The position numbers and the translations under genes were made by a program. Shown here in pieces: positions 7,200-16,728 of a stretch of 37,349 nt of DNA. This DNA is from Bacteroidia bacterium (GTDB lineage Bacteria; Bacteroidota; Bacteroidia; UKL13-3): positions 1 through 37,349 of the forward strand of contig JAGPCI010000002.1 of assembly GCA_018058165.1 (NCBI GenBank), read 5' to 3'. The notes beneath the pieces are model-generated. The model searched no databases, had not been told where the DNA came from, and was given only the letters and a program-made list of their open reading frames with translations. Each line of letters begins with the position of its first letter. The stretch's first letter is position 1.

Positions 7200-7613
7200 T
7201 TAATCTGCCTCCCAAGTTACAAAGCAAGTGCTTGTTTCGTATAATTTAAGTTTTTTTAAATAAATATTTTGTGGCATTACGGGTTGTAGTTTAGCTGCCA
7301 TATCTAAAATCATTATTTCGGCAGTGGGCTCATCGGCTAACCATAATTTTTTGGTGTTAATTTGATGGGTGCTTTCCAGGTTTAAACTATTGGTTTTAAG
7401 CATAAGCGAATGGTCGTAATCATTAATAACTGCATCATTCACTATGCCTTTTAATACCTTAAAATCAATAATCATGTTATTAGTTAAGGTTGATTTTGTG
7501 CTTACAGCAACGTGTAATTCGTAACCATGGCCATGTATATTTTTGCATGCACCATCGTAATCTGAAATGGCATGGGCCGCTTCAAACCTAAATATTTTTG
7601 TGATACTAAGCAT
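7200..7613 (-). CDS. queD: 6-carboxy-5,6,7,8-tetrahydropterin synthase / 6-pyruvoyl-tetrahydropterin synthase family
   Basis: 137 aa with the motifs FRFEAAHA and CKNIHGHGYELHV (the Cys plus HxH zinc/active-site signature). Confidence 0.8.
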   Translation of the reverse strand: MLSITKIFRFEAAHAISDYDGACKNIHGHGYELHVAVSTKSTLTNNMIIDFKVLKGIVNDAVINDYDHSLMLKTNSLNLESTHQINTKKLWLADEPTAEIMILDMAAKLQPVMPQNIYLKKLKLYETSTCFVTWEAD

Positions 7614-8793
7614 TTGTTTCCCTTCTGCGTTTAACTTCTTTAGTTATTAATTCCAGCTCACGATTCATTTGGCCATTTACAGTTTTGTTTTCGTTTGCCC
7701 TGCGAATTAAATATGGAATTGCTTTTTCTATTTCGCCATATGGTAAATATTTCGACACTTCAAAACCAGCATGTGCAAGGTTAAAAGTTAGGTTATCACT
7801 CATGCCTAATAATTGCGAGAAACTAATTTTTTCTTTAGCATCTGCAATGTTTAATCTATTTACTTCTGCTATTGCATGTGTTATACTTTCTTCGTTGTGC
7901 GAAGCAATACAAAGATGGGTAGTTTGCATATTTGCTAAACAAATATCAATGGCCATATCAAAAGATTTATCTGTATCGGCTTTGGTTTTAAACACAGGAG
8001 AAGGCACACCAGCTTCTTCAGCCCTTTCGTTTTCTTTCTCGTGGTAAGCCCCTCTAACTATTTTTACACCAGCATAAAAATTGTTCTTCTTACTTAAGGC
8101 AATTAAATTATTCAGATACACTATTCTATCTGTTAAATACATTTGTAATGTGTTAAAAATAACTGCCTTTTTTGTATTGTATTTTTGCATCATTTGTTCC
8201 ACTATGTAATCGTAAATATCTTGTGTGCAACGCTCTTCTGCATCAAAATAAATGGTTATATTATGTGCGTGGGCTTCTGCGCATATTTCATCAATGGTAG
8301 TTAATAGTTGGTTAAAGCGTACCTTGTTGTCACTGCTTTTTTCATTTAACAAAAAATTGCTTCGTTTTAAAAAATCGTAGTCTTCTAATCCAGTAATTTT
8401 TATGCTAATATAGTGGCCAGGATATTTTATAGCTAATGCATTAATATTTTGCTTAATGCGTATTGCATTTTGTTTGTATCCAGCTTGGTTATTTTCACTC
8501 TCAGATACATAATCTAATACTGATTTTACCTTGTATTGCATTAAATTACCAATGGTTATAAATGCTTGATGTAAGTTTTCGCCTGCACAAAACACTTTAA
8601 ATACGGTTTGTTTAATTAAAAACTTTCCGGGTAGTTTATATTTTAAAATAAGCGCTGCACCGCCAGATAAAAACTTCACCAAAAATGGATAGTTAAATAA
8701 CTTAAATACAAAATGTGTTTTTTGTAATTGAGTAGTGGTTTTATACTTAAAAGCAAGTTCTGTTTGGTTAAAGTTAGGTATATGCGTACTCAT
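7606..8793 (-). CDS. Proline dehydrogenase family protein (monofunctional PutA-like)
   Basis: 395 aa with the motifs KIVRGAYHEKE, LGMSD and AIPYLIRRANENKTV, typical of the PRODH beta8-alpha8 barrel. Confidence 0.75.
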   Translation of the reverse strand: MSTHIPNFNQTELAFKYKTTTQLQKTHFVFKLFNYPFLVKFLSGGAALILKYKLPGKFLIKQTVFKVFCAGENLHQAFITIGNLMQYKVKSVLDYVSESENNQAGYKQNAIRIKQNINALAIKYPGHYISIKITGLEDYDFLKRSNFLLNEKSSDNKVRFNQLLTTIDEICAEAHAHNITIYFDAEERCTQDIYDYIVEQMMQKYNTKKAVIFNTLQMYLTDRIVYLNNLIALSKKNNFYAGVKIVRGAYHEKENERAEEAGVPSPVFKTKADTDKSFDMAIDICLANMQTTHLCIASHNEESITHAIAEVNRLNIADAKEKISFSQLLGMSDNLTFNLAHAGFEVSKYLPYGEIEKAIPYLIRRANENKTVNGQMNRELELITKEVKRRRETNA

Positions 8794-10163
8794 AATATGT
8801 TTGATTTGGTGTGTGATAGGTTAACTGTTGAGTTTGATTTTTTTAGATAACAAGCTGCGTAGTTATAAAGCAATGTTGCAGCTATAATTAGCAGAGCAAC
8901 TACTAATACAAAACCTGCAATAATAAATGTGGCGAAATAGGGTGTTAAATCCTGCATCATATCGTGGTAGTTACTTTGTATTACCGAGTTTTGCCAAATA
9001 CCTTTTTTTATGCCTGCAATATTTAGCGCAAGCCAAAATACCAATAAACTTATTTGGGTTGTATAAAACAACATATTTAGCCATTTATTTGCTTTATTGT
9101 AATTGGTGCAATTGTTACCTAAAAACATAAAACAAGCTGCTAATAAAATCATGCTATTAATTCCAATTGTTGTACCCATTGCATGGGCAACTGTTACATG
9201 CGTGCCATGTGTGTAAATATTTAATACCGGAATTGACATAAGTACAGCTAAACCCATATTGGCAAACACCCAAATATCCGAAGCCATTATAAATCGATAG
9301 GGGAAAAAGTGGTAGTTTTTTTTCATATCTGATACACTTTGTTTCCATTGAAAAATTATGCGTGCAAAAAATATCCATTCGGTCATGCTTACTATATATC
9401 CAATATATCTTATGTAACTATCTGTAGGAAGAGTATAGACATGATGACCCCAATTAAACATTAAATTAAACAGGCCTAAAAAGTACATACCAAAGGCAAT
9501 TTTACTAAATCCAACTTTGTTGTTGCCAGTAATTTTATCCATTAAAAAAAATGCTGTGCCATATATTAATTGATTCCACGAACCCACCAAGGAGCCATTT
9601 ACTTTCCACTGTATGGTCATGTCTAATACAAAATTATCACGGAAATAAGGGAATACCCACAGGTAGTTTTCAATAAATGTAAACATAAAAAACAACCCGC
9701 CAGTAAGCCACATCCAAACATAAACGGGCCATGTTTTTATTGATTTAACTGTTTTAATAAAGTTTATTAAATAAAGTATCCAAGCGGCTGCAATTGGTAA
9801 TGCCCAAATAGGATTAAATTCCCAGTATTCTCTTCCCCCAAAATCGTGGTGAAAATAACTATTTGCAATGCCTACTATTGCGATTAGCCATAAAGTAAGT
9901 TGTGCGGCTGCAAGTTTGTTTGATAATTTATTAGGGTTGAGTAAGTGCAATGCACTCATAACCGAACCATTTGCTGCAATAATTATCCATAATGTAACAA
10001 ACGAAACATGCAAGGGGCGTAATGCAGTAAAGCCAATTGAATTTTTTAAAAAATCGGGTTTTACGTAAACTATCGAAGCCAATAAGCCAAACACAATTCC
10101 AACTAACAACAAGCAAAGGGCCAATGCCAAAAATAATTTTCCTATGTTTGGTTTCGTGCTCAT
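8790..10163 (-). CDS. Haem-copper oxidase superfamily catalytic subunit, divergent cbb3/NOR-like
   Basis: 457 aa with about 12 TM helices. It has the CcoN/NorB-like motifs LRPLH (helix II) and FNWGHHVY (helix VII HH). The helix VI His and the helix X HxH are not present (see findings). Confidence 0.8.
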   Translation of the reverse strand: MSTKPNIGKLFLALALCLLLVGIVFGLLASIVYVKPDFLKNSIGFTALRPLHVSFVTLWIIIAANGSVMSALHLLNPNKLSNKLAAAQLTLWLIAIVGIANSYFHHDFGGREYWEFNPIWALPIAAAWILYLINFIKTVKSIKTWPVYVWMWLTGGLFFMFTFIENYLWVFPYFRDNFVLDMTIQWKVNGSLVGSWNQLIYGTAFFLMDKITGNNKVGFSKIAFGMYFLGLFNLMFNWGHHVYTLPTDSYIRYIGYIVSMTEWIFFARIIFQWKQSVSDMKKNYHFFPYRFIMASDIWVFANMGLAVLMSIPVLNIYTHGTHVTVAHAMGTTIGINSMILLAACFMFLGNNCTNYNKANKWLNMLFYTTQISLLVFWLALNIAGIKKGIWQNSVIQSNYHDMMQDLTPYFATFIIAGFVLVVALLIIAATLLYNYAACYLKKSNSTVNLSHTKSNIL

Positions 10164-10567
10164 GGTTGTTCTATCATTCCGTTATTAAACTTTTTAAACT
10201 TTCTGTAATCTGCTGTTCCGCTTTGGTTAGTTTGAATTAAAAATTCCAAAAGTGCAGTTTGTTCTTCCTCCGATAAATTAAAAGCAGGCATTGCTTTTAC
10301 GCCACTATTAATTATTCCGCTAATTACCTTATCGCCTTTAAGGCTATATATATTGGTTAAATCAGGGCCTAAATATCCACCTAAACCATAAAGTTGGTGG
10401 CAACTTTGGCAATTGTATTTTTGCCACACCAATCGTCCTTTTACGGCAAGTTCTGTATTAAAAGTTTGTGGTAGTTTTAAAGTGGGCTTATTAGTATAAA
10501 TACTAAATGAGTAAACCAAAAAGCTTAAACATAAGGCCAAAAATATATGTAGCGGTTTTATCTCCAT
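10160..10567 (-). CDS. Membrane-anchored monohaem cytochrome c (NorC/CcoO-like partner subunit)
   Basis: N-terminal TM anchor, CQSCH followed by LYGLGGYLGPDLT, and a distal Met in KAMPAF. Its stop overlaps the oxidase-like start by 4 nt. Confidence 0.8.
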   Translation of the reverse strand: MEIKPLHIFLALCLSFLVYSFSIYTNKPTLKLPQTFNTELAVKGRLVWQKYNCQSCHQLYGLGGYLGPDLTNIYSLKGDKVISGIINSGVKAMPAFNLSEEEQTALLEFLIQTNQSGTADYRKFKKFNNGMIEQP

Positions 10568-12099
10568 GCTGGCACGTTGTATTTATAACTTTTGGCGTTT
10601 GTGGTATCCTCGTTCATGTTATTTAACAAGTCTTCTATTATTACTCCTGCTACACAAGCCATGTTGTTTAGCTGCATTAGTTTAATAGAAAAATTATTAT
10701 TGTTTAGTATTGATGTAGTGAGCTGTTGTAATATTTGCATGTATTTTAAAGCGGCATGTAAGGTAATTACATCACATGTTGAGAAGCTTAAACTCATCCA
10801 TTTTTTAATTACCTGCATTTTTGGGTTTATCCAATTATAGTCTATGTTTTTTGGATGGGTAGCTGTGATAGATTTTGATTGAATAAAAGTATCAGAATTT
10901 AACAGCTCGGTTATATTTATTGCGGCTTGATTTGCAAATACTAATGCTTCGAGCAATGAGTTTGAAGCAAGCCTGTTTTTGCCATGAAGGCCAGTGCATG
11001 ACACCTCGCCAAGGGCATACAAATTGGTTAAACTTGTTTGTGCAAATTGATTAACTTCTATGCCACCGCATTGGTAATGTGCCGATGGTACAATTGGAAT
11101 TAAATCAGTTCTTAAATTATACCCTAGCGAAGTAAGTTTTTGGGTTATTGAAGGAAAATGTTGACTAAATTCTTGATGATTTAAATGCCTTAAATCTAAA
11201 TAGGCACAGGCGGTATTGGTTAATGCTAGTTGGGTATTAATTGCATTACTAACCACATCGCGTGTAGCTAATTCGCCTCGTAAATCATATTTAAATAAAA
11301 AACGACAACCAGCCTTATCAGTAATATATGCGCCAAAACCTCTAACCGCTTCAGATATTAAGAATGATGTTTGTTGTTTATTTTTAACATACAATGCAGT
11401 GGGATGAAATTGTACAAATCGCATGTGTTTTAAATTGGCACCAGCACGTTTTGCCATTGCATAACCATCGCCTGTAGCAGGCTCTGGGTTAGTGGTGTTC
11501 TCAAATAATTGTCCGCAACCACCAGTTGCCAGTACAGTAATTTTAGCATATAAAGTTTCGCAGTTTTGTGTTACCTCATCATAAACCGAGACGCCCATTA
11601 CTGCATTGTTAATGGTAATTAATTTTGCAACAAATAGGTGTGTTATTAGGTTAATATTTTTTTGTGCCTCTACTAGTTTTATTAATGTATTTGCTACTTC
11701 AAATCCTGTTTTGTCTTTATGGTGTATTACCCTTGGTTTGTTATGCCCACCTTCTAATGCAAGTGCTATATTACCTTGGTTATCTTTATCAAACACAACA
11801 CCCATATTTATTAATTCGTGAATGCTTTTAGTTGCATTTTTTATAACTAAATCTACTATGTTTTCATCACATAATCCTTTTCCACTAGCAAGGGTATCTG
11901 CAATGTGTTCTTCGTAAGAGTCTGTTAGGGTGTTTAGCACTGCTGCAATTCCACCTTGTGCATAGCTAGTATTACTTTCTAATGCGCTAGTTTTGGTAAT
12001 TACATTAATTTTGGCTTGAGGGTTTTGTTTAGCTAATTTTAAAGCTAACGATAATCCAGCAATGCCAGAACCAACAATAAGTACATCTGAGTTTCTCAT
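10558..12099 (-). CDS. nadB: L-aspartate oxidase
   Basis: FAD motif DVLIVGSGIAGLSLA, plus SYAQGGIAA, HYQCGGI and NRLASNSLLE. The ORF track extends to 12147, but the ATG at 12099 (MRNSDVLIVGSG) avoids overlap with nadA. Confidence 0.9.
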   Translation of the reverse strand: MRNSDVLIVGSGIAGLSLALKLAKQNPQAKINVITKTSALESNTSYAQGGIAAVLNTLTDSYEEHIADTLASGKGLCDENIVDLVIKNATKSIHELINMGVVFDKDNQGNIALALEGGHNKPRVIHHKDKTGFEVANTLIKLVEAQKNINLITHLFVAKLITINNAVMGVSVYDEVTQNCETLYAKITVLATGGCGQLFENTTNPEPATGDGYAMAKRAGANLKHMRFVQFHPTALYVKNKQQTSFLISEAVRGFGAYITDKAGCRFLFKYDLRGELATRDVVSNAINTQLALTNTACAYLDLRHLNHQEFSQHFPSITQKLTSLGYNLRTDLIPIVPSAHYQCGGIEVNQFAQTSLTNLYALGEVSCTGLHGKNRLASNSLLEALVFANQAAINITELLNSDTFIQSKSITATHPKNIDYNWINPKMQVIKKWMSLSFSTCDVITLHAALKYMQILQQLTTSILNNNNFSIKLMQLNNMACVAGVIIEDLLNNMNEDTTNAKSYKYNVPAWR

Positions 12100-12104
12100 C
12101 CAAA

Positions 12105-13049
12105 TTATGATAATGCTAACATTCTGTTTAAAGGAATTAAAGCACATTCAATTACATCATTTGATAAGGTAATTTCTGGTGTTTCATTTAGTAAACAATT
12201 GTATAGCTTTTCTAAGGTGTTTAATTTCATAAATGCACATTCGCTGCATGCACAAGTGTTGTCTTCTTTTGATGGAGCTGGAATCAAAATTTTGTTTGGT
12301 GCTTCCTGACTCATTTGATGTAAAATGCCTGCTTCTGTTGCAATAATAAATTCGCTTGCATCACTTTGTTTTACATAGTTTATCATTGCCGCAGTAGAGC
12401 CTACAAAGTGCGCTAAGGTTAATAAATCTGCTTCCGATTCGGGGTGAACAACCAATTTAGCCTTTGGATGTTTTTTGTATAAATCAACTAATTTGTTAAA
12501 CGAAAATGCCTCGTGAACAATGCAGGCCCCATCCCATAATACCATGTCTCTGCCAGTTTCTTTTATCAGGTATTTCCCTAAATTTCTATCTGGGGCAAAA
12601 ATAATTTTTTCGTAACTAGGTATCGATTCTATTATTTTTTTTGCATTTGATGAGGTACAAATAATATCACTTTGTGTTTTTATTTCGGCCGAACAATTAA
12701 TATAACTTACTACAATATGGTTTGGATATTGTTGTTTAAAATCGCTAAACTCTTGCGGTGTACAAGAACTTGCTAATGAGCAACCGGCTTCTAAATCGGG
12801 TAATAAAACCTTTTTATTTGGATTTAAAATTTTGGCTGTTTCGGCCATAAAATGTACACCAGCAAATACAATAATATCCGCTTTAGTTTGTGCAGCCTGT
12901 TTTGATAAACCTAAACTATCACCTACAAAGTCTGCTATATCTTGTATGGCTTCCTCTTGGTAATAATGGGCCAAAATAACCGCATTTTTTTGTTGCTTTA
13001 AACGTTTAATAGCGGTTGCATAATTAAATTTTTGCGATGCTAAAGTCAT
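12105..13049 (-). CDS. nadA: Quinolinate synthase
   Basis: 314 aa with the motifs [30 protein letters not shown] and PDRNLG, and conserved cluster cysteines. Confidence 0.9.
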   Translation of the reverse strand: MTLASQKFNYATAIKRLKQQKNAVILAHYYQEEAIQDIADFVGDSLGLSKQAAQTKADIIVFAGVHFMAETAKILNPNKKVLLPDLEAGCSLASSCTPQEFSDFKQQYPNHIVVSYINCSAEIKTQSDIICTSSNAKKIIESIPSYEKIIFAPDRNLGKYLIKETGRDMVLWDGACIVHEAFSFNKLVDLYKKHPKAKLVVHPESEADLLTLAHFVGSTAAMINYVKQSDASEFIIATEAGILHQMSQEAPNKILIPAPSKEDNTCACSECAFMKLNTLEKLYNCLLNETPEITLSNDVIECALIPLNRMLALS

Positions 13050-13052
13050 AAA

Positions 13053-14864
13053 TTATGTTGCTTTTACAGTAATAGGAGTTAATTGCATGTTGTGTAAATC
13101 TTCTTCAAGTTGATTTAGTTCAATACGCATACCTTTAAATAATTCTTCAGCCTGATTGCCCATGTTGTCTATTAAGCCACGGTAATAATCTATTCCTGAA
13201 AGTAAATTTTCTTTAAACTTTTCTAAGTAAGTTTCTTTACGCTGTACTATATTTAACGTTATCTTTTTTTGTTCGTTTGTTAAATAGTTCATGTAAAGTT
13301 TTAATTCGTTTATAAACAAATTAGGGCGATGCACTTTATTTAAAATGTTAATTCTGCCATAAATATGATCTACCATTTGCTGTAAAGTAAATGTGCCCGA
13401 AAAGAAAGCTAAGTTTGGCCCAGGGCAAATTGTAACTGCACCAAAACTATGCTTAGGTGTTATACCGTTTACCATTAATGCCGGTTCTGTTAAACCTTCA
13501 CATAAGCAATCTTTTTCTTTAACAATAGTTGCCTTTGCTTCATATTCTTCGGGGCTGGCACAAGTTTCTTTTAATTGTTTTAATTTAAAATATTGGTATT
13601 TTACAGATGCGGTGCAAATGGGTTCTTTGGTAAACTCCGTATCAAATTGTAAGTACTTTTTTAGGCATGGGCTACCAGATTTTCCTTTTTCTATCCTGCT
13701 TTTACGTAAGGTTTCTGCACTACTTTTTCTAAAATTATTAAAGGGTACTCCAAGCGGAGAAGCGTTACTTAAATAATAATCTTCGGGCACAGCGCTAGCT
13801 AAATCATTTAGTGTTTTGGTATCTACATTAGTAACTTCTGGTACCAATAAAAACGGGCTACCCCAGCCACCGCTATTTAAGCGATAGTATTTTAATAAGA
13901 AATTATTTTCGTGTACATTACCTATGCCACCTTGTGCAGTAATTTTTAAATTGGGGTTTGTGGCTAACTTGTTCTTGCCCGAAGCGGTAAGTGCATCATT
14001 ACACATATCGTATAAAGTTTGATATAACTCTGCACGTTTGTTTTTAAACTCTTCTAAAATTGGTCCCATTAATATGCCATCTGTTGCAAATGCATGTCCA
14101 CCACAATTTAATCCAGACTCAACCCTAAACTCCGAAACCCACAATCCTTTTTTTGCCAAAAATTTTCCTTGAATTAAAGCCGACCTGTAATCGCTTACTT
14201 TTAATACAATTTTCTTTTTTGATAGCCCATTTACTTCAGGATAAAAATCCTTAAAGTGTTCGCAATAGCCATAAATTTTTGGATTGAACCCTGCTGAGAA
14301 CACAACCGAAGAACTCAAATTGCTTTGCGCAAAACCGCGTAATGCTGATGATGCATCAGATTGTTCGTGTGGTAAAGGATTTCCTGCCTTGTCAAAAATG
14401 GGCTTGTCTACTTTGGTCATAATATTAACTTCAATAGCCCCAATACTCCAACTTTCTTTTAAGTGTTTTTCTGCTTTATCTCGTTCGTCAGCCGTTATAT
14501 TTGGTAAAGTATCATACAGCTGCTTTAGGTCATTATCGTTAGGCAGCATACTAAAATATTGCTTCACAATTGGGCTCGAAAATGGTTGTTGGCGCAAATC
14601 TTCAACTTGTTTGTTGATAATTTCATCCATTGTATTTAAGTAGGTTGAAATTCGCAAAGCGCGATAATCATCATCTGAAGTTGTTATTTCTGAATAAGGC
14701 AAACTATACAAAGTGCAATAATGCTTGCGCATTTGTTCTAGCAATTCATCTTCAACAATAGAAATGGCTGAACTTATTCCAAATTTTGCTACCTTAATGG
14801 GTGTATCTACAGTAAAGCCAATACCCATAACTGGTATATGAAATTTGTGAGCTTGTGCTGTCAT
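13053..14864 (-). CDS. Conserved hypothetical protein, possibly an FMN-type TIM-barrel oxidoreductase fold, with a Cys-rich and coiled-coil C-terminus
   Basis: A 603-aa uninterrupted ORF. The motifs VESGLNCGGHAF and ITAQGGIG resemble nitronate-monooxygenase/IMPDH-like barrels. There are 3-nt gaps to rfbD upstream and nadA downstream. Confidence 0.6.
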   Translation of the reverse strand: MTAQAHKFHIPVMGIGFTVDTPIKVAKFGISSAISIVEDELLEQMRKHYCTLYSLPYSEITTSDDDYRALRISTYLNTMDEIINKQVEDLRQQPFSSPIVKQYFSMLPNDNDLKQLYDTLPNITADERDKAEKHLKESWSIGAIEVNIMTKVDKPIFDKAGNPLPHEQSDASSALRGFAQSNLSSSVVFSAGFNPKIYGYCEHFKDFYPEVNGLSKKKIVLKVSDYRSALIQGKFLAKKGLWVSEFRVESGLNCGGHAFATDGILMGPILEEFKNKRAELYQTLYDMCNDALTASGKNKLATNPNLKITAQGGIGNVHENNFLLKYYRLNSGGWGSPFLLVPEVTNVDTKTLNDLASAVPEDYYLSNASPLGVPFNNFRKSSAETLRKSRIEKGKSGSPCLKKYLQFDTEFTKEPICTASVKYQYFKLKQLKETCASPEEYEAKATIVKEKDCLCEGLTEPALMVNGITPKHSFGAVTICPGPNLAFFSGTFTLQQMVDHIYGRINILNKVHRPNLFINELKLYMNYLTNEQKKITLNIVQRKETYLEKFKENLLSGIDYYRGLIDNMGNQAEELFKGMRIELNQLEEDLHNMQLTPITVKAT

Positions 14865-14867
14865 GAT

Positions 14868-15731
14868 TTAGTTTTGTTGTTTTAAGTAATTTTGTAATGC
14901 ATCTTTCCAATGTGGTAAGCTTGCGATACCCCTGTTTTTAAGAGAGGCGTTTTCTAATACTGAATATTTTGGACGAGGTGTTTTTGAAGGAAAAAATGAT
15001 GAATCAACTTTATTTACCTCAACTTTTGTATTGGTTAATTGAAATATTGTGGATGCAAACTCGTGCCAACTACATGAACCTTCCGATGTTAAATGTACTA
15101 TTCCGCTTAATTCATTTTTTATTAAAGCGGGCAATAATTTAGCAATATCTGCAGTTGCAGTTGGCGATACAAACTCATCACCAACTACATTTAAACTTGG
15201 CCTTTCATTGGCTAGCTTTAGCATAAGTTGTATAAAGTTTAAACCGTTTTTTGCTCTGCAAGGGTTTACACCATATAAGGCCGAAACACGCAAAATTAAA
15301 GCTGCTTGATTTTCGGCTAAAATTGCATTTTCGCCTGCGTATTTTGTTTGTCCATATACATTAAGTGGGTTTGGTTTATCTAGCTCATTGTAAGGCGAGT
15401 TTTTTTCACCATCAAAAACATAATCGGTACTAAAATGTACAAATTTAATTTTTAAGTAATTACACATGCGTGCTATAAAAGCAGGTGCTGTAGCGTTAAT
15501 ATTTAATGCTTCCTTAGGGTTTTCTTCGCATAAATCTACATTATGGTATGCCGCTGTATTTATAATAACATCGGGCCTATGTTGAGCTAAAAATCCTTTT
15601 ACCTGCATTAGGTTTTTAATATCTAAATCAGCTCGGGCAGGTGTTATTGTTTCAATATTTTGTGAAGTGAAAAAGTTGGTAATATCACTCCCCAATTGTC
15701 CTTGTGCACCCAGTATTATCGCCTTCTTCAT
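14868..15731 (-). CDS. rfbD: dTDP-4-dehydrorhamnose reductase
   Basis: 287 aa with the Rossmann motif ILGAQGQLG, catalytic YGQTKYAGE and the STDYVFDG motif. Confidence 0.85.
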   Translation of the reverse strand: MKKAIILGAQGQLGSDITNFFTSQNIETITPARADLDIKNLMQVKGFLAQHRPDVIINTAAYHNVDLCEENPKEALNINATAPAFIARMCNYLKIKFVHFSTDYVFDGEKNSPYNELDKPNPLNVYGQTKYAGENAILAENQAALILRVSALYGVNPCRAKNGLNFIQLMLKLANERPSLNVVGDEFVSPTATADIAKLLPALIKNELSGIVHLTSEGSCSWHEFASTIFQLTNTKVEVNKVDSSFFPSKTPRPKYSVLENASLKNRGIASLPHWKDALQNYLKQQN

Positions 15732-15741
15732 AGTGTTATTA

Positions 15742-16728
15742 TTAATGGTTGATGAGTTGGTTTAAAACAATATTTTTAAACACTAAAATGTTGTAGAATT
15801 TTTCATCATCAAAATTGCTGAACTTATCGACAGCATGATGTAAATTAAGCATAATAGAATGAGCATCTTGTGTAGGTTTATAGTTTAATAATTGTAAAGC
15901 TTTATCGGTGCTTACCTTGTAATTTCGGTAATCTTGCACGTTTTGGTTGGTTATGTTTATATTTAAGTTGTAATGTAATTTCATAAAATCCTTTACCTCA
16001 TTTGCCAACTCACCAATTGTTGCGTTAAACGAGGAGATGTTAATAATTTCGCCCAATTTTAAATCACTATTAATGGCAAGTAAATAGGCATTGCATAAAT
16101 CTTCTAAACCTAATATTGGGCGCCATATTTTAGGATTGCTAAGTGTAATTTCACTTTTGCTTAAAGCATTTTTAAACATGGTATTAATGGCTAAGTCTAA
16201 CCTCATGCGATCAGAATATCCGCTAACCGTACCTTGACGGAAGCACACTACCGAAAAGTTTTCATCAGCCAAAGCCAACAACGAACGTTCGCCTTGTAAT
16301 TTTGATACACCATAAGGGTAATTGCTTATCGCCACATCATCTTCGCTAAAAGTGCTGTTGTGTGTGTATCCATATACCGAACATGAACTTGCAAAAATAA
16401 ATCGTTTTACACCTGCCTCTTTAGCTAAAAATCCAATGTAAGCGGGCATTCCTGTGTTGTAAATAAAATTATCTTTTGGCGAAAATTCGGCCATTGGATC
16501 ATTTGATAATCCCGCTAAAAATATCACAGTATCAAAGCCTGTAACATCTTCAATATGCAAATCAAAAATATCTTTTTGTATGCAGTTTATATGTGGTGGC
16601 AAATAGTTGCCAAACCAATTGGTATCTACCACGGTAATGTTGCAGTTATTATCGTGCAAATAAGGTGCTAAAACAGTTCCTATATATCCTGCGCCACCTA
16701 ATACCAGTACATTGTGCCTATTTTCCAT
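15742..16728 (-). CDS. NAD-dependent epimerase/dehydratase (SDR) family protein
   Basis: Motifs VLVLGGAGYIG and YGVSKLQGE (YxxxK). The ORF track extends to 16767, but the ATG at 16728 sits just before the Rossmann motif. Confidence 0.75.
   Translation of the reverse strand: MENRHNVLVLGGAGYIGTVLAPYLHDNNCNITVVDTNWFGNYLPPHINCIQKDIFDLHIEDVTGFDTVIFLAGLSNDPMAEFSPKDNFIYNTGMPAYIGFLAKEAGVKRFIFASSCSVYGYTHNSTFSEDDVAISNYPYGVSKLQGERSLLALADENFSVVCFRQGTVSGYSDRMRLDLAINTMFKNALSKSEITLSNPKIWRPILGLEDLCNAYLLAINSDLKLGEIINISSFNATIGELANEVKDFMKLHYNLNINITNQNVQDYRNYKVSTDKALQLLNYKPTQDAHSIMLNLHHAVDKFSNFDDEKFYNILVFKNIVLNQLINH

Noticed and set aside
7685-8047. 120-aa plus-strand ORF inside the proline dehydrogenase gene
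   Set aside because: It is antisense to a frame with clear PRODH motifs and has no independent signals.
9157-9378. 73-aa same-strand out-of-frame ORF (and other short ORFs) within the oxidase-like gene
   Set aside because: It is embedded in a 12-TM coding frame with conserved haem-ligand motifs and has no start context of its own. The 61-67-aa ORFs at 8927-9130, 9868-10068, 9931-10116 and 10037-10240 are rejected for the same reason.
12100-12147. Upstream extension of nadB ([16 protein letters not shown]...) given by the ORF track
   Set aside because: It would overlap nadA by 43 nt and adds 16 residues before the canonical start of the FAD-binding fold. The ATG at 12099 is preferred.
13393-14643. 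Two plus-strand ORFs (127 aa and 119 aa) inside the 603-aa gene
   Set aside because: Both are nested antisense within a long uninterrupted minus-strand ORF that is tightly coupled to its neighbours. Neither has recognisable motifs.
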